A DNA stretch of 63,028 nucleotides, the filler included, from Ministeria vibrans ATCC 50519 (lineage: Eukaryota; Protista; Filasterea), in the NCBI GenBank assembly GCA_943704425.1. It is 10 parts of 10 records of this genome, joined end to end, with 100 filler letters (N's around TTAATTAATTAA, not from the genome) between each part and the next. Parts side by side here need not be neighbours in the genome. Positions count along the whole stretch, not along the records: positions 1 to 8,456 come from CALSCP010001691.1; positions 8,557 to 10,848 come from CALSCP010001508.1; positions 10,949 to 19,725 come from CALSCP010002093.1; 7 more parts are not named here. One strand, 5' to 3'. Below are positions 1-11,889 of this stretch, piece by piece; the stretch's first letter is position 1, and each line of letters opens with the position of its first letter. A program made the position numbers and the translations under genes. The notes below the pieces were generated by a model. It did no database searches, was not told where the DNA came from, and saw nothing but the letters and a program-made list of their open reading frames with translations.

Positions 1-372
1 GTTGAAGAGATTACCTTAACGCATTTTGCATCGTAGAGCGCTCCGCTACTGCGTCCAAGGACTCGATCGCCTACTTTGTGGCGCATAACAATAATTGAAA
101 ATTAATATTAATTAATTATTATTAATTTTTAGGTTTTTTTTTGATTTTTGATTTTTGAGTTGCGCCTTTGCTTTATCTAGCTAGGAAAAAACTGAAACTT
201 TGTACATTAGCTCACTCAAGTTGAACTGGCGTCTCAGTTTGTTTGAATTGTTTCGCTTCGAGCTAATCTTGATTCTTGAATGAGCTAATATTGAGCTTAT
301 TGAGCTCGGGTTTTCTCCTTCTGACCCTCTCGAGTCTCGATGCTCGAAGATGATTCTTGTTTGTTTGTTTCA

Positions 373-779
373 TTACGACGGGCATGTGCCCCAGACGGGT
401 CGGGCCTGAACCCATTGATTGGCGCTCGCATCAAAGCTACTTGGTGCCAAAGATATGTTTGTGACGCACCAGGAAGAGAGGTCTTGGTTGAAGGCAGAAG
501 CAACGCTGAACATTTGAAACATATTTTCGACCTAAAATAATAAGGACGAGCAATAATATTTTTTTAGTACTAATAACAATAATAAGAATATAAGAATGAT
601 GTTATTATTATTAAAACAATATTTTTTAGTTTCACTCACTTTGCTAACATCCCAGCTCAAGAGCGGTTGGTTGAACTGAGAGGCGGTATAGAACATTTGA
701 GACATAGTCGTGACCTAAAATTAATGTAAAATTAGTACTGCAACACAAGAAAAATAATATTAATTTTATTATTATTATG

Positions 780-841
<62 letters not shown>

Positions 842-1366
842 CATTATTATTTAAAATAAATAAAAATAATATTTTCTTACGGAGCTTGTGTTCCAGTTGC
901 TGAGTGGTTGGTCAAAAGAGATAGCCGAATAAAACATGGTTTCCATTGTCTCGACCTATCATAGCAATGGGAAGCAAGGGTTAATTCAGCGCAACAGTAC
1001 TTCGGGTGATTTTTCATTACGTTTCCCACATCCCAATTGTTGAGAGGGCGGTCGAAGGACGACGCAGTGTGAAATGTGCCTTTCATGTCTGTTACCTAAA
1101 ATCATGATAATAAGAGTAATACAATTTTTTTGAAAACTGAATCGTATTACTGGGGCTCTTTTACCTGACTGACATCCCAGCTGTTCAACGGTTGATTGAA
1201 ATTTGGAGCAAAGAAAAAAAGTTGTTTTATCGTTGTGACCTGCGCAATTAAAATTAAAAATAAAAGAAAGTTTAAATTAATAGGAAAATAATAATAATTA
1301 TTATTGTTAATTAATAATAATAATAAAAATAAAAATAATAATAATAATAATAACAACAACAACAAC

Positions 1367-1417
<51 letters not shown>

Positions 1418-2483
1418 CTTAATATAATAATAATAATAATAATTATTATTTTTTATTATTATTTCTTATAGTTTTTTTACTAGTCTTACTGATGTTGTTT
1501 TCCAATTGTCAAGTGGATGATTAAAACTGGAGGCAAACGCAAACATATCCTCCATAGTATTCACCTTAACGAGAAAAATAAAGTATTCGTGATTGTACTT
1601 CGCACACTCACTGTACGTACCTTGCTCACATTCCAACGATTGAGGGACTGGTCAAACGAAGATGCAAAGTAAAACATTCGAAACATTGTCGTGACCTAAA
1701 GATCAACACGCAATTACAATTAATATGAATAACAAAAGAAAGACGGTAAGGTGAGTAAACAAACTTCAAACAAACGCATACCTGACTCACATCCCAGCTG
1801 TCGAGATTGCCAGTGCTTGCAATGCCCGACGAGTGAAAAGCACTCTCCATGTTGGTGGTGCCCGTCAAGTCAAGCAAGTCAGTCGCCAGAATGGCCATGT
1901 TTCCCGTGCCTCGGAAGTAGGCGCCATTGTTTCCAAGGCGGAGAGAGCCCCATTGCCAAACGACCGAGAGCTTTTCCTTGTCGCCGTCGTTGTCGAAGCG
2001 CCACCCGTGGATGGTGCCGTCAATCAGGACGGTGTAGGATCCCGCCTGGCCATACGTGTGCGTCACGGCTGGGTCGTCGTGCGCAGTAATAAAGTCCTGC
2101 GAGTCGTCTCCCCAGCGCACCAAAAAGGCGTACGTGCCCGACGCCTCAAGTGGCAGTCGTATCTGAGTGCTGCTACTCGAGCCGGCAGACGTCCGGGTCG
2201 TGTCCCAGGTGCTGTTGAAGGATGACAAAGTAGAACAAGCACACGACGCCAACTGCGCCTCGAGCACACTGACTTTGGCCGCCAGCTCACTCAGTCGCAG
2301 TGCAACACTCGCCTGACTCGCACTCTTTGAACCGTCTATAAAAAGCTCCCCCTCAACGCGCACAGAACCGCCAGCAGCCGGAATCAGCAGTAGGTTTCCG
2401 TCGTCGTTGGACACTTCGGCATGTTGTCCCAACACACACCCCAAGAACACGGGGATCAATGTTGCGAGGAATATTCGCTTCAT
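373..2483 (-). CDS. Secreted BspA/DUF285-family repeat protein (signal peptide, coiled coil, PKD-like domain, 25-aa repeats), 8 exons
   Basis: Exons 1782-2483, 1621-1695, 1490-1564, 1165-1239, 1021-1095, 881-955, 640-714, 373-531, all GT-AG. Repeats V-T-x-M-x-x-MF-x-x-A-x-x-FNQPL-x-x-WDVS. C-terminal cap WCVTNI...RPVWGTCPS*. Confidence 0.9.
768..850. repeat. (ATT/AAT)n intronic microsatellite; similar tracts at ~1290-1445, 41823-41900, 54360-54510, 61685-61780
   Basis: Seen directly. Confidence 0.95.
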
Positions 2484-2603
2484 TTCTTTTTCTACAAAAA
2501 GATCAGAATACCAGTTAATCGATAAAACTTCCCCAGAGAATGAGAGAAACAACACCCAAACGCTGTTCGATAGCGTAATTTGAGATACTCTGTGGAGTAT
2601 ACA

Positions 2604-2635
<32 letters not shown>

Positions 2636-3423
2636 GGGAAATATCCCTAGTAGAGGGCAGAATGTATACAGTTTCCGGCTGTTGCAGCAAAAGGGCAGCA
2701 AAAGATTCCAAAGAATATTATAAGAAGATGATAATGTGAACGCAATGTTGAGTGTTCGTTGCGAGCGGCTGAACCAACACAAGCAACACTTAGATTGGGT
2801 CAGACAGAGTCAAGCACTCTTATTTGTCTCTGTACGTCGGTGGAATCTTGGCCACAAGGTGCCAAAGGAGAAGTATGTTGTTTGTTTAACACATTTTCCT
2901 TCCCACAAAAACCTTTCCCATTCGCAAAGCAGACATAATTCTAGCGCTTGGCAATAAGGCGACACAGCTTACCCGGTTCGTCAGTTTCCCTGACAAAGTA
3001 AACGCTATGAAGATACTAGAAATAAATGAAGTGAATTATTTTTGGTTTGTGATTGATAATAATTAGAAAATAATGTCTTCTTCTTCATATTAAATTGCAA
3101 ATGTCTTCTTCTGAATTCTTCTTCATATTTTTAGAAAGTGGTTCTGAGCTGTTTGTGTTGTCGCTTTTCGTTTGTGATTGATAATAAATTGGAAATTTCT
3201 TCTTCTTCTTCATATTTTTATGTTTGTCTGGCAAACGATTGCTCATGACGCACACTGCTATATCAACTCTCATGGGTTCTCACGAGCCTCCAAGGTGAGG
3301 TGCAATTGAATATCTTCACATGAAGCTATTCGACGTTACAATAAAAAATGCATTTGTGACATGACGCTCCGCACTTTGGTCTTTCGAGTTGAAATAAAAA
3401 CATCAAAGAATGTAGATGAAGAA

Positions 3424-4239
3424 TTACAAGGCAAAGTGGGAAGCGAGCCAGTTGTCAACAAGGGCCACGAGACGCGCCTCGCTGCCCGCCCAGAAATGGT
3501 CCATGCCAGGCACAATCTCTAGCTGAGATGGGTCGGGGAACTTGGCTGTTTCGCTGCGATAGCGCGACACACTTGTAAAGTTGTCGGCGTCCCCCGCAAT
3601 AAACAGCTTGGGGAGCAGTTTTGCGCGCGCGGGAGTCAGCAGAGCACTGGAGGAGAAGAGTGAGAGGAACCAGAGCACTCCAAACGGATACGAGATGGCA
3701 ATGGTCCCGCAGATGAGGGACGGAAACTCACTGGCAAGCGCACAGCCAATGGCAGCGCCATATGAATACCCCTATATGGAACACAGTCAGCCACCGTGTG
3801 GAACTCGAGCCATCGTATATGATTGTGCGATGAGTACGAGCATAATGATGCGCTTGACGCGCGGTCTCTCGTCGTCTTCACTGAGGTGTCTGTTCTCTGA
3901 GATATACCGGATGACTGCACGACAGTCCTCCTTTTCACCGCTGCCGCGCCACGAGCCACTGCCAGTGGAGCGACCCACTCCGCGGAAGTTGAAACGGACT
4001 ACTGTGTGTCCCTTCTCGGCCAGATGGTAAAACAGCGATTCAACCTGGCGCGCGTTTCAAGTAAGCACAGGGGAGGGGGAGGGGGCTTGTAATGAATAAT
4101 GGCAGGAGGGTCGTACCACGTTGTTGCGGAAATCGCCGCCCAGCGGGCCGTACGGGTGTGTGAGGATGAAGGCGAAGTCGCTGTGCGTCTCGTCGCCCCT
4201 CTCCTTCAGTGGCACCGCCAGGATGGTCTCGACACTCAC
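3424..4239 (-). CDS. Alpha/beta hydrolase, spliced
   Basis: THPYGPLGGD, RFNFRGVGRSTG, nucleophile elbow GYSYG (start of exon 3), GDADNF, GMDHFW. Confidence 0.85.
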
Positions 4240-4714
4240 CTTTTTGTTGACCTACACTCACACGCGCATTGCAGTCGGGTCAGCCAGCGGAGAAAGGGAG
4301 AGCGAGCGTTGAGGTTTGAGTTGAACTTTTGTCGAACCTCAATGAAAACTCGATGGTCCAAGAAGGAGTGGGAGCGTTCCACGGGCGCCTTTGCCGGCGA
4401 AGACGGGTTTACCAAAGTGACCGAGTCGCTGACCGTTCTGTTGACGTCGACGTTGTCGCTGTCGTTACTACTCATTGGAAAATTTGTGAATAATAAAGAA
4501 AATAATCGTTCATGAACTTCAAAGTTCAAGTTAGCTTAACCCGGAATGCGCATTAGCGCATACTACGGAGAATAACTTACAACTACGCTAACTACTTTCT
4601 ACGGTTCAGGACTCAGGAGGGGGATTTGTTTTGTATATTTGCGAGATGGAGATCGTACGTGACTAGTTCCAATTGCAGTTCGCACTTGTCCGTCGAGTTT
4701 ACACTTTTTAAACC

Positions 4715-7700
4715 ATGATTCGAGTTGTCGCACTCCTCGCGCTAGCAACGACTTGTCTATGCGCAATGCCCGTCTCGTTTGAAGAGTACACGGAAATGTG
4801 TACGGGGGCGCAGATGGGAACGGATGCGGAGTTGCGGTAAGCGAGAGTGCGGCCAAAGGGAAATTGGTGATCTTGTTTTTTTTTTGTTTCGTCGCGCAGG
4901 AAGCGATTCGATGCGCTTGACGGCAATGCAGATGGCGCTGTCGACATGGACGACGTAGAGAGGGAGCGTGGGGCGTTTGTACAGCGCGGGATTGCGGATG
5001 CGGGCAGTGCGGGCAACTTCATCGACTTGCACACCAAAAAGGCGTCGCAGGCACGTCAGGCGGAACACTATCAGGAAATGGTCAACTCGCTGCAGCTCAT
5101 CGCTGATGCCGACGCAGATCGCATTGGCGCCTTCTACAATCTAGGCCTGGGCCAAATGAAGCTGGCCGTGTTCCTGAAGAAGCAGCAGCCGTCAATGGTA
5201 GATTGGAAGTGTGAGTGCATTGTATTTATCATTGTTTTCTTTTCTGGTACGTTGCAGCGTCAGCGTGTGCGTCGGCTGCTACTTCAAGCATCGGACAACC
5301 TTGGAGTCGCAGTTCGGAAGGGCGGGATGAAGAAGTTCAAGACCGCACTGGACAAGGTGTTGGGCTTGATTGACGAGCTGGAGGGAAACGCACAGGACAA
5401 GACGGATGTGTACAAGAACGAAGAGCCTTCTTTCGTATGTCAAGAGAGAAAAAGCACTCTAAATAATAAGTCCCTTGTTTATCACTTGTTTTTATCCATC
5501 CTCACGCTATTTTTTGCCCCCACTTGCTTTGTGTAGGAGAAGAAGGCGAAGAAGCGGGGTAAGGTGGAGCCACTGTCGCGTGCCAATGTGAAGCTTCGCA
5601 CGAGCCGTAAGGCGACGAGAGAGTGCCCGGACCCCGTCGACATGGGCTATGAGGATCTGTTTCACTTTATTGATGACTTTGGCAAGAATTTTGTGCGACC
5701 GGGCTTCCTGGATGTGATTGTGCCGGCGACGGGACCGCCGTACACGGGGCTTGGCACACAGCACGCGCAAATGGGCGAGTTCTCCCAGGCGCTGCTTTAC
5801 TTTACTGCTGAGCTGTATCATAGCTTTAGTGGGCCCTACTGGAAGAACATGGCGGCGATTTTGGGGGATCTAGCGGCTCGGCGGATGGAGAGAGCGCGTA
5901 AACCGGAGCGCAGCGGGTTCTTGCTCCTGCGAATGCAGTTGCAGGTATGGAAGGAAGAGAGGAGAGAGGAGAGTTTGAGAGACTTTGAGAGAAAGAGAAA
6001 GAGAAAGAGGAAGCGATTAAGCTTACTGTGAGTGAGTGTTGAAGTTATTGAGTTGACTGAGTTGTACTGTGCGTACTGTGCTTGAGTGTGAAAATGATTG
6101 AGTTCGGCACAACACCTCGACCAGAAAGAATAGAACACCCAAACACGGTACATTTGAGAAAACTCAATCATTTTCACACTCAAGCACAGTACGCACAGTA
6201 CAACTCAGTCAACTCAATGTTTGGGTGTTCTATTCTTTCTGGTCGAGGTGTTGTGCCGCGCGTGTTTTGGCGGTGCTCTGTTGATTATTGTATTGTATCT
6301 TAGGCGTACAATATGATGCTTGTGTTGGACCCGTGGAACCGCAATGAGATTCTGCCCTTGGCCAATGCAGCAGAAGAGTCTCTGCGGCGGACGTTCCCCG
6401 ACGAATGTCCTTCGTCCGTGCCCACTGGACAGTGCTCTGCGGGTGGTCAACACGACGACGAGATAATGCGCATTTTGCGCACCATTCGCTCCAGCGAGAG
6501 CGCTCGTGAGGAAATTGTTGCCCGCTGGTGCGGCAAAAACGCCTTTGTACGAGCACACACGGACAAAGTGATGGAGACGAAAGAGTCACTCCACTGAATG
6601 CGTTCTCTTTGTAGATTGATTTGAACGAGAACGAACAAAAGACACGACGGTTTGAAATGCACACGTTCCGACGGGCTGTTGCGGCATTCCACGTGTGCGG
6701 GGCCATCGCGATAACACGTTGCTACCCTGACTCATTGATGGAAGACATTTTGACGGATCACAATGTGCGCTTCGAGGACAAGCTCGAGCAGATGCGTCTC
6801 GACCCCTCCATTGTCAATTCAACCGAGGCTGCTCAGCGGTCTGTCAAGCGCTACGAGTTCCGCAATCCCATGAAGTACCCTCCCCCCCTTTTTTGTGTGT
6901 GTGTGTGTCCATGTCCTTCTCCTTTTTTCACTTGTTTTTACTGTTTTCACACTTTGTTTTCGCTTTGTTTTTTACTAGTTTTCACACTTTGTTTTACTTT
7001 GTTTTCTCTCTCGCTTTATTCTCACTTTCTATCTGTTTGTCACTTCTTGTAGAGATCCGTTTACGCGTCCTGAACTGCCCACAAACTCGTTCATTGTGCA
7101 CATTCTGAACCAGCAAATGGGCGAACGTGTTGAGCTGGACACCTTCTCGTCTGTTACCAGTATGCCCAACTGCCCAGTTCAGGTAAATAACACTATAATT
7201 ATAACAGTCCCAATCTGTTTTGATGGCTCACCCCCTTTACTTAGCACTGGCACCGAGACGTCCCCAACTTGTTTTCGGGTAAAGGGGGATACCACAAGAC
7301 AGACCCACCCTTTGGCATTGTCAACTTTGTGGCGCTGACCGATGTCACTGAGGACATGGGGCCAACCGACATGTACTTTGGTTCGCATGTGCAGCAGAGC
7401 GAGTTTAAAAAGGGAGACAACGACGAAATCAACGACGACCGTCGCATTGTGCCCATGGCTGCACCCAAGGGCTCTGCGGTACTTTTTGACTTGCGCATGC
7501 TGCATCGTGGCGGTGAGAACGTCAGCAACAAGCGTCGTCCCATGCTGTACATGGCCTATGTCAAGGTGAGTCCGACCGACCGACAAACGGCGAAACGAGG
7601 ATGACTCACTGGAAGTGTTTCTTATTGAATAGGAATGGTACACGGATGCCATCAACTTTAATCTGAAGCAAACACACACGATGGATAGTCTGGAAAATGA

Positions 7701-7875
7701 TCAGGTGCGTAAGGCACTGTCGCGCGTCGATCACCGAGCCTATGTCGAGCAGCTGGAGAAGAAGCTCCTCGAGCTTGGGGTGGAAGTCAAGTCGACCATT
7801 GAATCGTCGTATAACTACCATGCTGAAAAGCTCGCCATTGTCCCGTCGAGACTGAAGCGCGCGGGAGAGATTTGA
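4715..7875 (+). CDS. Signal peptide + EF-hand-like + helical region + PhyH-family Fe(II)/2OG dioxygenase, multi-exon
   Basis: MIRVVALLALATTCLCA; DGNADGAVDMDD; QHWHRDV (HxD); VALTDVTEDMGPT; GSAVLFDLRMLHRGGEN..RPMLY. Confidence 0.75.
6047..6258. repeat. Interleaved perfect inverted repeats A-B-A'-B' inside an intron
   Basis: A 6047-6104 is the reverse complement of 6161-6218; B 6105-6145 is the reverse complement of 6218-6258. Confidence 0.9.
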
Positions 7876-8500
7876 TAGAAAGCGATGTTCTTCTACTTAT
7901 TTTATTATTAAAAGGCGATCTAGGATTGATTATTAAAAACACAATCTAGGGTATTGATACACCGTCGTAGCCTCGTAGGTTTGTTATTGTGACTTGTGAG
8001 TGTATGATGCAATTCTATCGTGATCGGCCACCATAGCCGCCGAATGTTACGAAACTGCGTTCACATAAGACATTCGACCCTTCCACACGACACACCCACA
8101 AGACTCTTTGAAAGCGATCGCCCGCCGAAAAATTCCCGAATAGTGAATACGGTTATCGCGATCATAAAATTCAATAACTTAAGCCAATTCAATCGCACAT
8201 TATTACTCACAAATAATTCTCAAAAAGACCAAAAAATGAAATAAATGCAAATAAAATGTCACCTCACGCCACATGTCAAAATTTACAGTATATTCCAAAC
8301 CACTAGTAACAAACCCGACGTCACTCTACATTAAACACACTCACGGGCACCATCACTCAAACGCCACTCTTTACCACTTCACACTCAATCCAAACCCATT
8401 CCCATATCAAAATATGACTTGCACATTATTTCCCAAATCCTCTCCTCTCTTTCAAANNNNNNNNNNNNNNNNNNNNNNNNNNNNNNNNNNNNNNNNNNNN

Positions 8501-8512
8501 TTAATTAATTAA
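8501..8512. other. Artificial contig linker N-TTAATTAATTAA-N (also at 10893, 19770, 27338, 30445, 31604, 34578, 54555, 61629)
   Basis: Identical 12-mer with stops in all six frames, centred in ~100-nt N runs; genes are cut at these points. Confidence 0.95.
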
Positions 8513-8556
8513 NNNNNNNNNNNNNNNNNNNNNNNNNNNNNNNNNNNNNNNNNNNN

Positions 8557-8870
<314 letters not shown>

Positions 8871-8874
8871 CAAG

Positions 8875-9955
8875 ACGAACCGTCGGCATTGCCACTGGAG
8901 CTGAGGCGCGCAGTCACGCTGATGGTTGAGGCAGGGGCGGTCACATTGAGTTCGTGATGGTGCATGACGCTCGAGTCCTCGGCGTACGCGTCAAGCGGCA
9001 CCGTGATCGTAATGTTGTCGCGACCAAGGTCAAAGGCAAGCGCCAGTACAGGCACATCGGAGAACCTGGCATCAAAGGACACAAGTAGGGTCTCGTCGGC
9101 GGTCGTGGAGAAAGGCGGGAAGAGCGCCTTGACGAGGAGACGGCCGTAGACGGTCGACATGGTTGCGTTCTTGGTTGTCTTCTCCGTCAAAAGCGAGTCC
9201 TGTTGCGCACGCGGATTCGCGCCATCGTCGGCGTCGTCGAAGCCAAGTTCGTCAAGGAATTCCTGCTGCGACCCCTCTTCAAGAGACTCGCGACGATGGC
9301 GAATCTAATGACGGTTGAGGAAAAGAGAATGCAAATAATAGGGAAGTCAACAAAATACAAAATACAAAGGTGAAACAAACGCCGCTGGGAGCGATCAACA
9401 CGCAGAGACAGATGAGCGAGTAGCGAGAAACGACAACTAAACACAACACCAGCAGAATGGGACGGTGAGGGCGAGAGGAAGCTGAAGCAGAAAAAAAAAA
9501 ACTCCTTCGAGTGAATATTAATAGCCAAAGCGATTGTCGAAATCTTCTTGAAATCAAGGTGGTGACAGCGACATAGCTCAGAACCAGCACAATTAGGGTG
9601 AAAAGGCACCAATGAGCGTGTGCACGTGGACGAACGGTGCCGAAAGCGGACAGGGCGGCGACGCGAGTGGGATGGGCAAGCCCTCTTGGAACCCTCTTGT
9701 TTGCCTTCGAAATGGACAAGATGCAAGCAGAAGATGCCCATGGCGATGATGGCGTACCGTCGCAACGTTGTTTGACACGGTCATGGCACCGTGGAAGGAT
9801 GTCAGCGCAGGAAGGGTCAAGGTCATCTCCTTCTCGGGAACATTGGCAAACGTTTCGTTGTGCAAAACGTGTTGGCACTGCTGCGACGGCAACAGTGACC
9901 GGGACTGGGCCATCGCGACAAGAATAGCCACCACGATGACCAAGATTGGTTTCAT
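8875..9955 (-). CDS. Hypothetical secreted/membrane protein, spliced, 3' end lost at contig edge
   Basis: Signal-like MKPILVIVVAILVAMA, hydrophobic segment, GC-rich open exon ~8875-9304; no family recognised; exon structure uncertain. Confidence 0.4.
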
Positions 9956-10582
9956 TGTGAAGAACGGCGGAAAAGGCGGTCAATGTTTGAGTCAAAACAA
10001 ACAAACTAAAACGGGAGAATGGTGACGAGACTCAATAATTCTGCTTCGCTATAATATAGAGATAAAAATATTATACAAAGTCACGACACGTCGACAACGA
10101 GCGCAATCAGCGCACGCGCCCGCTTAGCTAAGTAGCGAAGTTGACGGAAATTCCTTTGATGCGCATTTTCATGCCAAAGCCGATATGTGACAGGACGGCG
10201 ACGGGGACCGCTTCACCTTAACCAACTTTAACAACATGGACGGCTTGATTGCTGGGTTCGAGAGCTGGCTCACGACTGGCGGTGTTGCTGCAGTGGTGGG
10301 CATCGGAAGTGTTGAGCTGATGCTCTGCAATGGTCCAACAAGGCTTTTTGGTCCTTCTTTGGTCCTTCTTTGGTCCCTGGGCTGTACTGTTGATGTTCAA
10401 TACGACGTGTGTAATAGCAATAATTTAATATTATTGATTTATTAGTATTAATAATAGCTGTTATTATTATTATTATTATATTTCTGTATCAATACTAAAT
10501 GGGTTGTATTCTTCTTCGCAAACCAATTATTCTCTTCGCAATTATTATTATTGATAATTTATTTTTCTTTTCATCGTTCCCT

Positions 10583-10848
10583 TTAAGTCGAGAAATTCAC
10601 TTCCTTGATGGAGAGCGCCGTGCAGGTGATACTGTCATAGGACTCGAATCCCCCGACAGTACTGGGTGTAAATTGGCAACCACCGACGGAGGGAGAATTT
10701 GTGGCAATATGTCCGAGGAGGTTCTGGTTAGCGTCGACAATTGAATTGGTATTGACTATCTCATCGCCGGCGTAGCTGTCCATGGCCACAAAGAAAAAGC
10801 CTGAGCTTAGTTCGCTCACATGAGCTCGTTTATAACTCGAGGGCAACC
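10583..10848 (-). CDS. 3' fragment of a hypothetical protein
   Basis: Open frame running from the gap to a stop, coding-like composition. Confidence 0.35.
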
Positions 10849-10952
10849 NNNNNNNNNNNNNNNNNNNNNNNNNNNNNNNNNNNNNNNNNNNNTTAATTAA
10901 TTAANNNNNNNNNNNNNNNNNNNNNNNNNNNNNNNNNNNNNNNNNNNNTGGC

Positions 10953-11059
<107 letters not shown>

Positions 11060-11068
11060 TTTGCACAG

Positions 11069-11489
11069 CCGTCCAAAGGCAAGTCAGATTGGCTCGACGG
11101 CAAGCTTGCAATCGGCCGAAATTGAAAGTCGAGCCGTACGGGAAGCCCTCAAGCAGTGCATGTCTGACCTCCTCATGCGTCGTTTTTCTTTGTCTCACTA
11201 CAGTGGCTTGAAGAGCGCTATGACAAACTGGACGCGCAGTACAGTGACGCAGAAGTCTTACCAAAGCCCGAGTTCTGGGGCGGCTACCTTGTGATGCCAT
11301 CGGTACCGTACCGGAACACAATGAGGAAGCGATGAATGACTTTGTGTTGTTTTGCAGACAATTGAGTTTTGGCAAGGCGGATCGGGACGACTGCACGACC
11401 GGATTGTGTACCGTCGCAGTGGCAGCAGTGCCGATGCTAAGCAAGAGAAGCAGAGCTCTGAGTGGTCGCTTGTGCGTCTGTCCCCTTGA
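11069..11489 (+). CDS. PNPO: Pyridoxine/pyridoxamine 5'-phosphate oxidase, 3' exons
   Basis: [40 protein letters not shown]. Confidence 0.92.
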
Positions 11490-11889
11490 TACTTGAGAAC
11501 GGGGGTTCGATTTTCTGTATTTTATGTGCGTGGATGGTATAATGAATCTGGTGTGAAGTCACAGAATAAAAAACGGTGGAGTGAAAAATTAAATAGTGTG
11601 TAAGCGATGATCAATTGCTTCCATAGTTCCATTGCACTTACGTTCCAGACTCCAAAGTGAGCGATGATTAGAACATGATCAGCCGGTTTGTTGGGTCACT
11701 GTCTGCACTCTGGCCTGAGTGGTCTCTGCAGTGAGTCTAACTCAGTCTCACTGACAGTCTGCACGACTGTACTAATTGAGCGAGTGAGCGAATCTGATAT
11801 TTATTCTTCTTCTTGAGAGTAAACTATTATTATTTTTCCAATTTCTCTTTGAATCTTTCATTTTTATTTCAACCTTTCACCTTTCCGCA

